Source: a virus
Lineage: Duplodnaviria > Caudoviricetes
Virus record (IMG/VR): IMGVR_UViG_3300014775_000942
Span: 1-24,957 of that record
DNA: 24,957 nucleotides
Reading direction: 5' to 3' (one strand)
The notes beneath the pieces are model-generated. The model ran no database searches and had not been told where the DNA came from. It saw only the letters and a program-made list of their open reading frames with translations. A program made the translations under genes and the position numbers. Position 1 is the first letter of the stretch. Every line of letters begins with the position of its first letter. Shown in pieces: positions 1 to 8,009 of this stretch.

Positions 1-2
1 TA

Positions 3-125
3 ACTAACAGTCCTACTACTAAAATGAATAATAAGATTGCATCTTCCTTTTCTATGGATGATGTAAGTTCTATGTCCTTTGATGACATGGCTAAGATAAT
101 TAAAAAAGCAGAAGGTTCGAGGTGA
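3..125 (+). CDS. 3' end of a gene entering the window (…TNSPTTKMNNKIASSFSMDDVSSMSFDDMAKIIKKAEGSR*), probable head-associated protein
   Basis: Frame is open from base 3 to TGA at 123-125. Its C-terminal SMDDVxxMSFxD motif matches the scaffold C-terminus. Not in the ORF track. Confidence 0.7.
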   Translation, partial: TNSPTTKMNNKIASSFSMDDVSSMSFDDMAKIIKKAEGSR

Positions 126-130
126 GTAAA

Positions 131-517
131 ATGCCGGAAAGAATGACAAAAGAAGAAGCAAAAATACAGAGAGCAATTAGAGCCGCAAGAATCGCAAAAC
201 AAACTCTATTAGAAGAAAATAGAGATAGAATGCCTTTGGAAGTAGAGGAAGATTTAGTTAAGGTCACAAGACCAAAGGCTGAAAATGTCACTATTAAAGT
301 CCCTAATCAAAAGAAAGAAGGCTATGGTCTTGCAGGTGTAGAGAACGAATATAAAATTAAGAAACAAGAGCCAAGAGTTCGAGGTATAGTTGAAGATATT
401 GACGGTATTCTTTCTCAAATCCAAAATGTAAAAAATCAATATGTGAGCAATAATAACCAAAGCGGATTAATGTCTATGATGCAAGATTTGTCGGATATTG
501 CTAGAATGTATAAGTGA
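131..517 (+). CDS. hypothetical protein, charged and helical (128 aa)
   Basis: Track ORF 122..517. ATG at 131 follows the RBS GAGGTGA (119-125), so it is preferred over GTG 122. Confidence 0.75.
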   Translation: MPERMTKEEAKIQRAIRAARIAKQTLLEENRDRMPLEVEEDLVKVTRPKAENVTIKVPNQKKEGYGLAGVENEYKIKKQEPRVRGIVEDIDGILSQIQNVKNQYVSNNNQSGLMSMMQDLSDIARMYK

Positions 518-523
518 TGCTCT

Positions 524-3016
524 ATGCCCGAATCCGGCCTTCTATTTGAGAAGGATGAATCTATCTCAAGTGAAATTCTTTCTTTATTCGAAAAAGCAAG
601 AGTAGCCTATCTTTCTGCAAAAAGCGATTCTAAAAATTACGCTTCTCGTTGGAGAAAAATAATAGAAGATATTAGAGATTCTTACGATGATTTAGATTAT
701 TTAGGAGGTCAATTAAAATCATACATATCAGAAGATATTATTTCTGATAAGAATGCCTTAAATCCGGAAAGCCCTATTGCTACTAAAGTCTATGAAGGAA
801 TTAAAGAAATGCGTTTTGAATCAGATGATGTTCAAGACCCATTTGCAAAACGATTCAAAGGTGATGTTTTAGAAGCACTAATGAATGATAGTGGGGTTAT
901 GGTAAAATTTATTCATTATGCTCTTAGGTCAAATGATGAAGTTTTACCCGATGAATTATATGACATTAAAGATATAGACCCCGATGATTTAACAGTAGGG
1001 CTGAAAGGATTGGATTTAGACCCCAAAGACATTTCACTGTATATTACAGAACATTATGGTGATGGTAAAGATTCTAAAAAAATAGAAAGTAAATTTAAGA
1101 ACGGTCTATCAATGCTTAAATTATTATTTCTTTCTAAAAACTCGGAGGAAGATTGGAATAATTTATTAGGTGTAGAATTAAAGAAGGCAGAAAAATCCGA
1201 AGAAGAAAAGGCCGAAATAGATTTCATTGTTCCCAATAAGCCCATGTATAGGATTTTTGAATTAGAAGATATTGAAGATTTACAAGGTTTTAGTGGAGAA
1301 TATGTTATTCAAGAAAAGTATGATGGAATGAGAATACAAATACATAAGATAGATAACAATATTAAAATTTATTCTTATAATGAAAAAGATATTACAGATA
1401 AGTGTAAGGCTCAAGTAGAAATAATGAGCAAAAAACATTTTGGAGATTGCATTCTTGATGCAGAATTAATTCTATTTGATGGGGATGAAGCCCTACATAG
1501 GGCAGATACTATTGCTCATGTTTTCAAAAACCAATACAAAGATGCAGAATTAAGAGTTCATGTTTTTGATATTATGCGACATGATGATAGAAATATGACA
1601 CAAGAACCACTTAGAGATAGAATAGATATTTTATTTACTAACTATTCTATGCACAGTGATGAAAAATTAGCATTCCCTTCTAAAAAAGATACTCGAATCG
1701 CTGACAATATGAAAGATATGAAAGAGTATAGTGAAGAGATTATGGAAATGCCTACTGCGGAAGGTGTAGTCATTAAAGATATAGAATCAACATATTTTAT
1801 TGGAACTAAGAAAAATCCTAAATGGATTAAGTGGAAAAAGTTTGTTGACTTAGATTTGATTGTTTTAGATAAAAAGAAAACTAAATCAAATATGTATTCC
1901 TATACATTAGGTGCTGGCCCCGTAGATGAAGGAGAAGAAATTAACGGGAAGAAATACATGAATGTTGGTAAAGCAAATAATACTAAACTAAATGTAGACA
2001 TTGGAGAAATTTTGAGAGTTAAGGTAGATGAGGTTAAAGGCTCTGAAAATAAATTTACTATTTACAATGCTATTGCTATCGAAATACCGGAAGTAGAAAC
2101 TCCGGAAAAAATAGTCACTTTAGAAATGCTATCTAAAGAAACTAAACCAAGTTTAAAATTTAAAACAAAGGCTTTAGAAAAAGGCATTTTAATTACAGAC
2201 CATATACACGGTGAGGCAATTTTAAAATCTATGGATGGATTTACTTTATATGAATTTGAAAAAGATAATCTTATGTCTAAACACGCAATGATGAATTTAA
2301 GTTCTTGGAAATCTGATGCTGAAAGTATAATGAAAACTAAACAAAGTGAATTAACTGTTTATGTATTTCAAAAATTAAAAGACGGGGCTATGACAATAAA
2401 AGAACTACATAATTTCTTAGTAAAAGAATATGGTAGATTATATGATAGTGTTTTAGAAAGTAAAATGGATAGATTAAAAGATTGGTTTAGTCAAAGAGAT
2501 GGAATAAGTTTTGATTCAAAAACTAATAAATTCTTTGCAGACGATGATAAAATACTAATGGCAGAAGAAGAATATAAAACTCCCGAAGAATATAGAAAGG
2601 GTGGATTTAAAATATATTCTAGAGATGATGATGATTTAAATTTAGTAATAAAGTTAAAAGATATAGTTTTGACTTGGACTATTGATATTAATAATGACGA
2701 TGATATATTCAATTTATTTGGAAAGGCGGGTAAATTTCCTGCAAAGGTCGCTACTACTCCCGCTACAGAAGGAAAAATTATTGATGAAGGAGAAATAGAA
2801 TTAGGTGTTCAAAGGGATGGATACCATGAATATTTCTTAAATGGAAATAAGTTTGAAACTAAACTTCATATTAGAGTAGTTCCGGTAGATGAACAAGAAA
2901 TGTGGTTGGCTTGGACAGGATATAAACAAACTCCTGCCGATAAAGAAGGAGATGAAGGACTTTGGAATATTAATGAAGATAAGTATTCTAAACTAAAAAA
3001 TCCGGAAAAAGAATAA
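524..3016 (+). CDS. lig: ATP-dependent DNA ligase with N-terminal helical extension and C-terminal wHTH-like and LigD phosphoesterase-like regions
   Basis: Nucleotidyltransferase motifs I EKYDGMR, III ILDAEL, IIIa VFDIM, IV EGVVIK and V WIKWKK…DLIVL, followed by an OB-like segment. Motif VI (RxDK) is not evident. Confidence 0.9.
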   Translation: MPESGLLFEKDESISSEILSLFEKARVAYLSAKSDSKNYASRWRKIIEDIRDSYDDLDYLGGQLKSYISEDIISDKNALNPESPIATKVYEGIKEMRFESDDVQDPFAKRFKGDVLEALMNDSGVMVKFIHYALRSNDEVLPDELYDIKDIDPDDLTVGLKGLDLDPKDISLYITEHYGDGKDSKKIESKFKNGLSMLKLLFLSKNSEEDWNNLLGVELKKAEKSEEEKAEIDFIVPNKPMYRIFELEDIEDLQGFSGEYVIQEKYDGMRIQIHKIDNNIKIYSYNEKDITDKCKAQVEIMSKKHFGDCILDAELILFDGDEALHRADTIAHVFKNQYKDAELRVHVFDIMRHDDRNMTQEPLRDRIDILFTNYSMHSDEKLAFPSKKDTRIADNMKDMKEYSEEIMEMPTAEGVVIKDIESTYFIGTKKNPKWIKWKKFVDLDLIVLDKKKTKSNMYSYTLGAGPVDEGEEINGKKYMNVGKANNTKLNVDIGEILRVKVDEVKGSENKFTIYNAIAIEIPEVETPEKIVTLEMLSKETKPSLKFKTKALEKGILITDHIHGEAILKSMDGFTLYEFEKDNLMSKHAMMNLSSWKSDAESIMKTKQSELTVYVFQKLKDGAMTIKELHNFLVKEYGRLYDSVLESKMDRLKDWFSQRDGISFDSKTNKFFADDDKILMAEEEYKTPEEYRKGGFKIYSRDDDDLNLVIKLKDIVLTWTIDINNDDDIFNLFGKAGKFPAKVATTPATEGKIIDEGEIELGVQRDGYHEYFLNGNKFETKLHIRVVPVDEQEMWLAWTGYKQTPADKEGDEGLWNINEDKYSKLKNPEKE

Positions 3017-3030
3017 AGTCTTAAATACCT
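3011..3030 (+). promoter_or_regulatory. possible archaeal BRE/TATA promoter for the head operon
   Basis: Purine-rich GAATAAAG followed by CTTAAATA (3020-3027), about 30 nt before ATG 3058, in one of the few intergenic gaps. Confidence 0.3.
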
Positions 3031-3057
3031 AATAGTAAAAAGCAGGGGTTGAGGAAA

Positions 3058-4224
3058 ATGGGAAGTGCTGTAATAGCAAAGAGCGATATGGACTTTCACA
3101 TACTCAAAAGCAAAAGCGATTTAATGATTGGGGGATATGCAAGCATAGAAATCGTGGATAAGCAAAATGATTTAATTACACTAAAAGCGTTGGAGGATGC
3201 AGTAGACAAATTTATGTCAAGAGATAGATATAGAAATGTTATGACAAACCACTCAAATGTTCAAGTAGGAGAAGTAGTAAAATCTTATAGAGATAAAAAC
3301 GGAAAACTATGGAAAACAGAAGTAGATGATGTGGGATTTTTTGTAGTAATAAAATTAAGAGATGACATAGAAAAAGCAAAAGAAATTGGAAGAGGGATTC
3401 GCAAAGGAACATTAAGGAGTTTTAGCATAGGAGGACAGGCATTACAGAAAGTAAAAAAACAACATGAAGAGTTGGGTGAATACAGCGAAATCAGTAAGTT
3501 GGAATTACATGAAGTGACTATATGCGAAAAAGGAATTAATCCCGAAGCGAAGTTTGACATTTTAAAACAAGAAAAAGGTGAAGAAAAAATGAGCGAAAAA
3601 TTAGAAAAAGCGTTGGAGGAATTGGATACTCTACTTGAGGAAGTCAATACTCTAAGGAAAGAAGAAGAAATGGAAGAGAACATGGCTCCTCCATCTGAAG
3701 AAATGATGGATGAAGAAGAGAACATGGGCGGAGAATATATGGATGAAGAAGCAAAGGCATATGTTCCTACAGTAGATGGAGCAGGTGTAGAAATTGGTGA
3801 TGTAGCAGACCGTGTTGTAATAGACAATGGAAACCCACGCCACCAACCACAAACTGTTGTTAAGTCCTTTAGCAATGATGAAATTTCATCATTGAATCTT
3901 TCTCCGGAAAACATCGAGAAAGCATACCGTGAATTTAGAGCAGAACAATTGGAAAAGATTGCTTATGACAATCTTGCAAAATCTTTCGAAACAAGATTCA
4001 AGAAAGAAGTTTCTTCAAGAGAAGATATTATTTCAAAGCAAAACTATGATGCAAAGAGCGAAGTTTCCGCACTAAAGGAAGAAATCGCAGAACTAAGAAA
4101 ATCATTTACAGTAGAAAAATCTGAAATTCTCAAAGCACAGCAACCAAAATCAGTTGCTCTACCATCTATGGATGATGTAGCAAATATGTCATGGGCAGAC
4201 TTAAACAGGCTTGCTGGAAATTGA
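3058..4224 (+). CDS. HK97-type prohead protease fused to a C-terminal scaffold
   Basis: GGYAS…VDKQND, NHS (His), RSFSIGG (Ser) and HEVTIC..GINPEA motifs, then an acidic coiled-coil C-terminal half. Sits directly before the capsid gene. ATG 3058 follows GGGGTTGAGG. Confidence 0.88.
   Translation: MGSAVIAKSDMDFHILKSKSDLMIGGYASIEIVDKQNDLITLKALEDAVDKFMSRDRYRNVMTNHSNVQVGEVVKSYRDKNGKLWKTEVDDVGFFVVIKLRDDIEKAKEIGRGIRKGTLRSFSIGGQALQKVKKQHEELGEYSEISKLELHEVTICEKGINPEAKFDILKQEKGEEKMSEKLEKALEELDTLLEEVNTLRKEEEMEENMAPPSEEMMDEEENMGGEYMDEEAKAYVPTVDGAGVEIGDVADRVVIDNGNPRHQPQTVVKSFSNDEISSLNLSPENIEKAYREFRAEQLEKIAYDNLAKSFETRFKKEVSSREDIISKQNYDAKSEVSALKEEIAELRKSFTVEKSEILKAQQPKSVALPSMDDVANMSWADLNRLAGN
3589..4224 (+). 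CDS. putative nested in-frame scaffold protein (MSEKLEKALEEL…)
   Basis: Internal RBS AGGTGA (3576-3581) lies 7 nt before in-frame ATG 3589, at the protease/coiled-coil boundary. Confidence 0.55.
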   Translation: MSEKLEKALEELDTLLEEVNTLRKEEEMEENMAPPSEEMMDEEENMGGEYMDEEAKAYVPTVDGAGVEIGDVADRVVIDNGNPRHQPQTVVKSFSNDEISSLNLSPENIEKAYREFRAEQLEKIAYDNLAKSFETRFKKEVSSREDIISKQNYDAKSEVSALKEEIAELRKSFTVEKSEILKAQQPKSVALPSMDDVANMSWADLNRLAGN

Positions 4225-4237
4225 GGGGGAATTAAAA

Positions 4238-5581
4238 ATGGCAGGATACATTAACACAATTAGAGATTTAGAAGCAGAAACATACGGAATAGGTGGCGCA
4301 TTTGGCGGAAACGATATTCTAAAACAGGCAGGTGTCACACAAGGTTTGCACACTGCTCACGATATTGCTGACACTGCGGCATCCGGAGTGACAGGAATTT
4401 CTACAACAACCGGACTTTACAATGTTCTTTACGGACAAAAAGTTTGGTCTATGCTAAACAGAGAAGTAAATGCACTATCAATGATTGCAAAAAGACCTTA
4501 CACATCTTCCGGATGGAGAGTTCTAAAGAGCAGACCTTTTGGTGGCTCCGGTAATACTTTGGCAGAAGGACTACAAAGAGATGGAACAGGTGGCGGAATT
4601 GGTGCTGATGATGCACAATTTGACGAAATCGGTGGAGTAGCAGAAAACGCAGGACTATCAACTGCGGCTGATGGTTTAGGTAGTATGGCTCCAACATATG
4701 CTCAACTATTTATGAGTCCAAAAACTGTTGCACATCAATTCGATTTCTCTGAATTGGCTTTAGAAATGGCAAAGATTGATGACGGTATTGGAGATATTAG
4801 AGCGCAACTAAGAGAAGATATGGGAATTGCTCACGCAGAATCTCAAAACATGATGCTTCTAACTCCATTAGAAAACTATGGTGAAGCAAGCGCACTATCT
4901 AACATTGAGAGAAACTATACTTCTCTTAACAAGATTATTACAAGTAGAGCAGAACTTTTGGCTATTGATGGCGGAGTAATCGCTACAGATACTACTTCTG
5001 CTTCTAACAACTTGGGTAAAATTTACGGTGATGAAAGATTTACTGCGGCATCTTTCCTTGATGCAGAAGTAGATTTCGGTAGTGCTTATGGTGCAGGAGA
5101 TGTTCGTTCTCTAACACTAACTCTACTAAATAACATGATTAGAAACCTAAGAATTGCAGGTGGTTCACCAAAGGTAATTCTAACAGGATACGATACTATT
5201 CAAGCGGTTGCAGATTTGCTACAATCTCAAGAAAGATTCATGGATAGAAAGGAAATTGTTCCTACTGTTAATGGAGTTCGTGGAGTAAAGGGTGCAGAAG
5301 TAGGATTTAGAGTAGCAACATACTACGACATTCCTCTAATTCCTTGTAAGGATATGGCTTCTACAGGAAGTGCATCTACTAAACTAAGTGATTTGCTTTT
5401 CCTTGATACAGACCATCTATGGCTTGCGGTTATGAAACCAACACAATATTTCGAAGATGGTATTACTAACGGAAACCCATTCGGTGTAGGCAGACTTGGA
5501 AACCAAGCACTTTACCGAACAATTGGAGAAATGGGCTGTTCATTCTTTAAGGGTCAAGGAAAGATTACTAACATACAGTGA
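4238..5581 (+). CDS. major capsid protein (HK97 fold)
   Basis: 447 aa, follows the protease/scaffold. P-domain-like segments PKVILTG, VATYYDIPLIP and LLFLDTD. ATG 4238 follows GAGGGGG. Confidence 0.88.
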   Translation: MAGYINTIRDLEAETYGIGGAFGGNDILKQAGVTQGLHTAHDIADTAASGVTGISTTTGLYNVLYGQKVWSMLNREVNALSMIAKRPYTSSGWRVLKSRPFGGSGNTLAEGLQRDGTGGGIGADDAQFDEIGGVAENAGLSTAADGLGSMAPTYAQLFMSPKTVAHQFDFSELALEMAKIDDGIGDIRAQLREDMGIAHAESQNMMLLTPLENYGEASALSNIERNYTSLNKIITSRAELLAIDGGVIATDTTSASNNLGKIYGDERFTAASFLDAEVDFGSAYGAGDVRSLTLTLLNNMIRNLRIAGGSPKVILTGYDTIQAVADLLQSQERFMDRKEIVPTVNGVRGVKGAEVGFRVATYYDIPLIPCKDMASTGSASTKLSDLLFLDTDHLWLAVMKPTQYFEDGITNGNPFGVGRLGNQALYRTIGEMGCSFFKGQGKITNIQ

Positions 5582-5591
5582 GGCGTTTTAA

Positions 5592-5930
5592 ATGACACAT
5601 ACTGTAGCGTTAATCGCAGACCATAAAGGACAAACAAGGCCAAGAGTTAGCGGTGACGAGTATTTTGTAGATGCGGCAATTGATATTACTGCATATGTTC
5701 AAAACGGAATTACCGTCACTGCTTCCTCTTTGGGATTAAGCACTATTACAGCAGTATTTGTGACAGGAGTAGAAGAGGAAACTCATTCTGCTCAAGCAAT
5801 CGCTACTGCTGAAACCGGACTATATGAATCTACAAGCAGTTTCAAACTACTACTGAATGTTGGGGCTTCCGAGCAAACAGGAACAGCAAATGAAGGAACT
5901 GTTAGAGTAAGAGTCTACGGAAACCTTTGA
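5592..5930 (+). CDS. small beta-rich virion protein, possible capsid decoration/cement protein
   Basis: 112 aa, Thr/Ala/Val-rich, immediately after the MCP, RBS GAGGCG. Confidence 0.55.
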   Translation: MTHTVALIADHKGQTRPRVSGDEYFVDAAIDITAYVQNGITVTASSLGLSTITAVFVTGVEEETHSAQAIATAETGLYESTSSFKLLLNVGASEQTGTANEGTVRVRVYGNL

Positions 5931-5941
5931 GGGGTGTTTAT

Positions 5942-6325
5942 TTGGCTAAGGTTATTCTTAGTGAATCTTCTGTAATGGGAAGGTTAGTAATAGGTAGGGA
6001 AGAAATTACAAGAGAAGAATCTTGTGAAATTTCTGCCTTAAAAGGTCTTTTAAGAATAGAAGACCCTAACCTTCTCATTACTTTTGAAGAATCAGATAGA
6101 GAAGAATTAGAAAACTTAGATGAAAAAATATTGGTTTTGGCCTCTTCTATATTAAACTTGGAAGAAACTCCTACAGGAGAACAGGTAGCAGATGCTCTAT
6201 TACCTAAAAAGAAAATAGTTTCTAAGGTAAAGGACAGTGCTAAAAAGGCCACTAAGAAGGTAAAAGAAACAGTAGTTCCTACTGAAAGTGAGCCTTCCGA
6301 AGATGTTGAAGAAGTCGCTGAATAG
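5942..6325 (+). CDS. hypothetical protein with a Lys-rich then acidic C-terminal tail
   Basis: Track ORF 5927..6325. TTG 5942 follows RBS GAGGGGTG. Confidence 0.65.
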   Translation: MAKVILSESSVMGRLVIGREEITREESCEISALKGLLRIEDPNLLITFEESDREELENLDEKILVLASSILNLEETPTGEQVADALLPKKKIVSKVKDSAKKATKKVKETVVPTESEPSEDVEEVAE

Positions 6326-6375
6326 GCGATATCTTCAAGTATTAAGCCAATAACCCGACTATAGGAGAGGGAAGA

Positions 6376-6705
6376 ATGGTTGATAGTTGTAGGTCAAGTG
6401 GAGTTTTAACTGCAAGTGCAGTTGTAGCAGGTCATCCTTGTAAATTAAAGAGCATACATGTTAGTGCAAGGGCTAATGGGCCGGATACCGTCACAATAAA
6501 AATATTCGATTCTAAGGATGCTACTTTAACAGGCAATACTGAACTAGCGAGATTTGTCACAGATGGAACATCTATAGGATATACTAATGTTGAATATGAT
6601 ATGCACGGAGTTTTAGCAAGAGAGGGTCTTTATCTACAAATAACAAATAGTTCGGGAACTCCCGACCCTGCCACTGTTCATGCAGTTTCAGTAGAATTTA
6701 ATTAA
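6376..6705 (+). CDS. small beta-strand-rich putative virion protein
   Basis: 109 aa with an alternating hydrophobic pattern, RBS GGAGAGG. Confidence 0.6.
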   Translation: MVDSCRSSGVLTASAVVAGHPCKLKSIHVSARANGPDTVTIKIFDSKDATLTGNTELARFVTDGTSIGYTNVEYDMHGVLAREGLYLQITNSSGTPDPATVHAVSVEFN

Positions 6706-6715
6706 GGTGAAAAAA

Positions 6716-7108
6716 ATGCCGGCACTAGCACACGATACAAGATTAATTATGACTATCCTATTCGTAGGAACAGTTAGCGGAGCAAATGTTTTCTTTTATG
6801 CTAATTATGGAACTAAGTTTCCTTACACTACTTTAGCACATGCTACTTTATTTGGATTAATAACAGTAGGTTCTATTATGATATTAAAGGCAATTTTTGA
6901 TTTAGCCTTAAATGAAAAAATAGAAATGTATCTATTAGATAGAAGAGTTAGTCACTTTTGGGCGCAAAAGAGAAAAGAAGAAGAACAGAAGCAAAAGATT
7001 AGAGAAACAATGAAGAATTATAATACTACTTATAATGTTCAACCTCAATTTGTTTCTACTATGGAAGACGGAATTGGCAACGAGTTTTTAGCGGCAATAG
7101 AACAGTGA
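6716..7108 (+). CDS. membrane protein with 2 TM helices and a charged coiled-coil tail
   Basis: Hydrophobic LIMTILFVGTVSGANVFFY and ATLFGLITVGSIMILKAIF, then QKRKEEEQKQKIRE. ATG 6716 follows AGGTGA. Confidence 0.75.
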   Translation: MPALAHDTRLIMTILFVGTVSGANVFFYANYGTKFPYTTLAHATLFGLITVGSIMILKAIFDLALNEKIEMYLLDRRVSHFWAQKRKEEEQKQKIRETMKNYNTTYNVQPQFVSTMEDGIGNEFLAAIEQ

Positions 7109-7118
7109 GGTATTCCTC

Positions 7119-7331
7119 ATGGTTTTTACCGGATTCGATGAAAGCGCAATGGCGTATGATTTACAAAGAGCGCATTCTGCTGATATATGGTTTCTAAAAT
7201 TTAGAGCATATTTTTGGGGAAGTTGCGCTACTTTAGCAGGATTTCTAATAGGAAATATACTTGGAGTATTTGATATTAATATTTTAGGGTGGATTTTAGG
7301 AACTTTACAGGATGCTTGGAATCATATTTAG
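7119..7331 (+). CDS. small membrane protein (70 aa)
   Basis: TM segment FWGSCATLAGFLIGNILGVF with GxxxG spacing, then amphipathic ILGWILGTLQDAW. RBS GAGGT. Confidence 0.7.
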   Translation: MVFTGFDESAMAYDLQRAHSADIWFLKFRAYFWGSCATLAGFLIGNILGVFDINILGWILGTLQDAWNHI

Positions 7332-7341
7332 GTGATTAAAT

Positions 7342-8004
7342 GTGTCAGTCCTCGCAGGTTTCGCTATTGTAATTACAGAGGCCGCTATTTCTTTTTATAA
7401 AAGAGTTCACGCTATAAATTTTGGAGTCTATGGTGCAACAATGGTTGGTAAAACAACCTTACATCACCAATTGAGAACAAGAGGGGAAGTTCCCGAAATA
7501 CAAAAAAGAACTGTAGGATTACATAGGGGAACTCGTAAAACTGTAAAATTAGATGGAGAAACCCATACTCTCAAAACGGCAGATGTTGGGGGAGAATCTT
7601 TTTATTGGAAAGAATGGATAAAAGATATGCAAAAACGAAAAGTAAATTATATTATTTTTATGATAGACCATAGGCATTTAGAAAAGTCTGCTAACTTAGA
7701 CCATCAATTAGCATGGAAGTTTTTAGTGGATTCAATATGTTCTTCTGTATGGCCTAACGGAAAGAAAAAGAAGGAGAGCGACTATCCTTTAGCGATAGGG
7801 ATTTGGGCGAACAAATTTGACCTTTGGAATAAAAAATACCCCTATGAAGGGGAAATAAAAGACCATCCCATCTTCGAGCCTTTTAAGTATGGGATGCAAC
7901 GGTTAAATGATAAGGGGATTCCTACTTTCAAGTATATCGTATCTGCTAAATCACAACCGGAAATGGTGTATCGGGGAATTACAACAATGATAAAGGATTA
8001 TTGA
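7342..8004 (+). CDS. Ras-superfamily small GTPase, Arf/Sar-like
   Basis: G1 GATMVGKTT, G2 RTVG, G3 DVGGE, IIFMID strand, G4 WANKFD and G5 SAK, plus a hydrophobic/amphipathic N-terminal helix. GTG start follows AGGTGA. Confidence 0.85.
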   Translation: MSVLAGFAIVITEAAISFYKRVHAINFGVYGATMVGKTTLHHQLRTRGEVPEIQKRTVGLHRGTRKTVKLDGETHTLKTADVGGESFYWKEWIKDMQKRKVNYIIFMIDHRHLEKSANLDHQLAWKFLVDSICSSVWPNGKKKKESDYPLAIGIWANKFDLWNKKYPYEGEIKDHPIFEPFKYGMQRLNDKGIPTFKYIVSAKSQPEMVYRGITTMIKDY

Positions 8005-8009
8005 TTATT

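Noticed and set aside
6326-6375. Second promoter (CTTCAAGTATTAAG) upstream of 6376
   Set aside because: Only a weak TATA resemblance in AT-rich DNA. The 50-bp gap is suggestive but insufficient.
6716-7331. Classical holin-endolysin or spanin cassette
   Set aside because: The membrane proteins are holin-sized, but no muralytic enzyme motif or lipobox is present nearby. A holin-like role remains possible but unsupported.
7342-8004. Packaging ATPase/terminase, or eukaryotic contamination
   Set aside because: The DxxG, NKxD and SAK motifs specify a GTPase. The RBS, base composition and tight gene packing match the viral neighbours.
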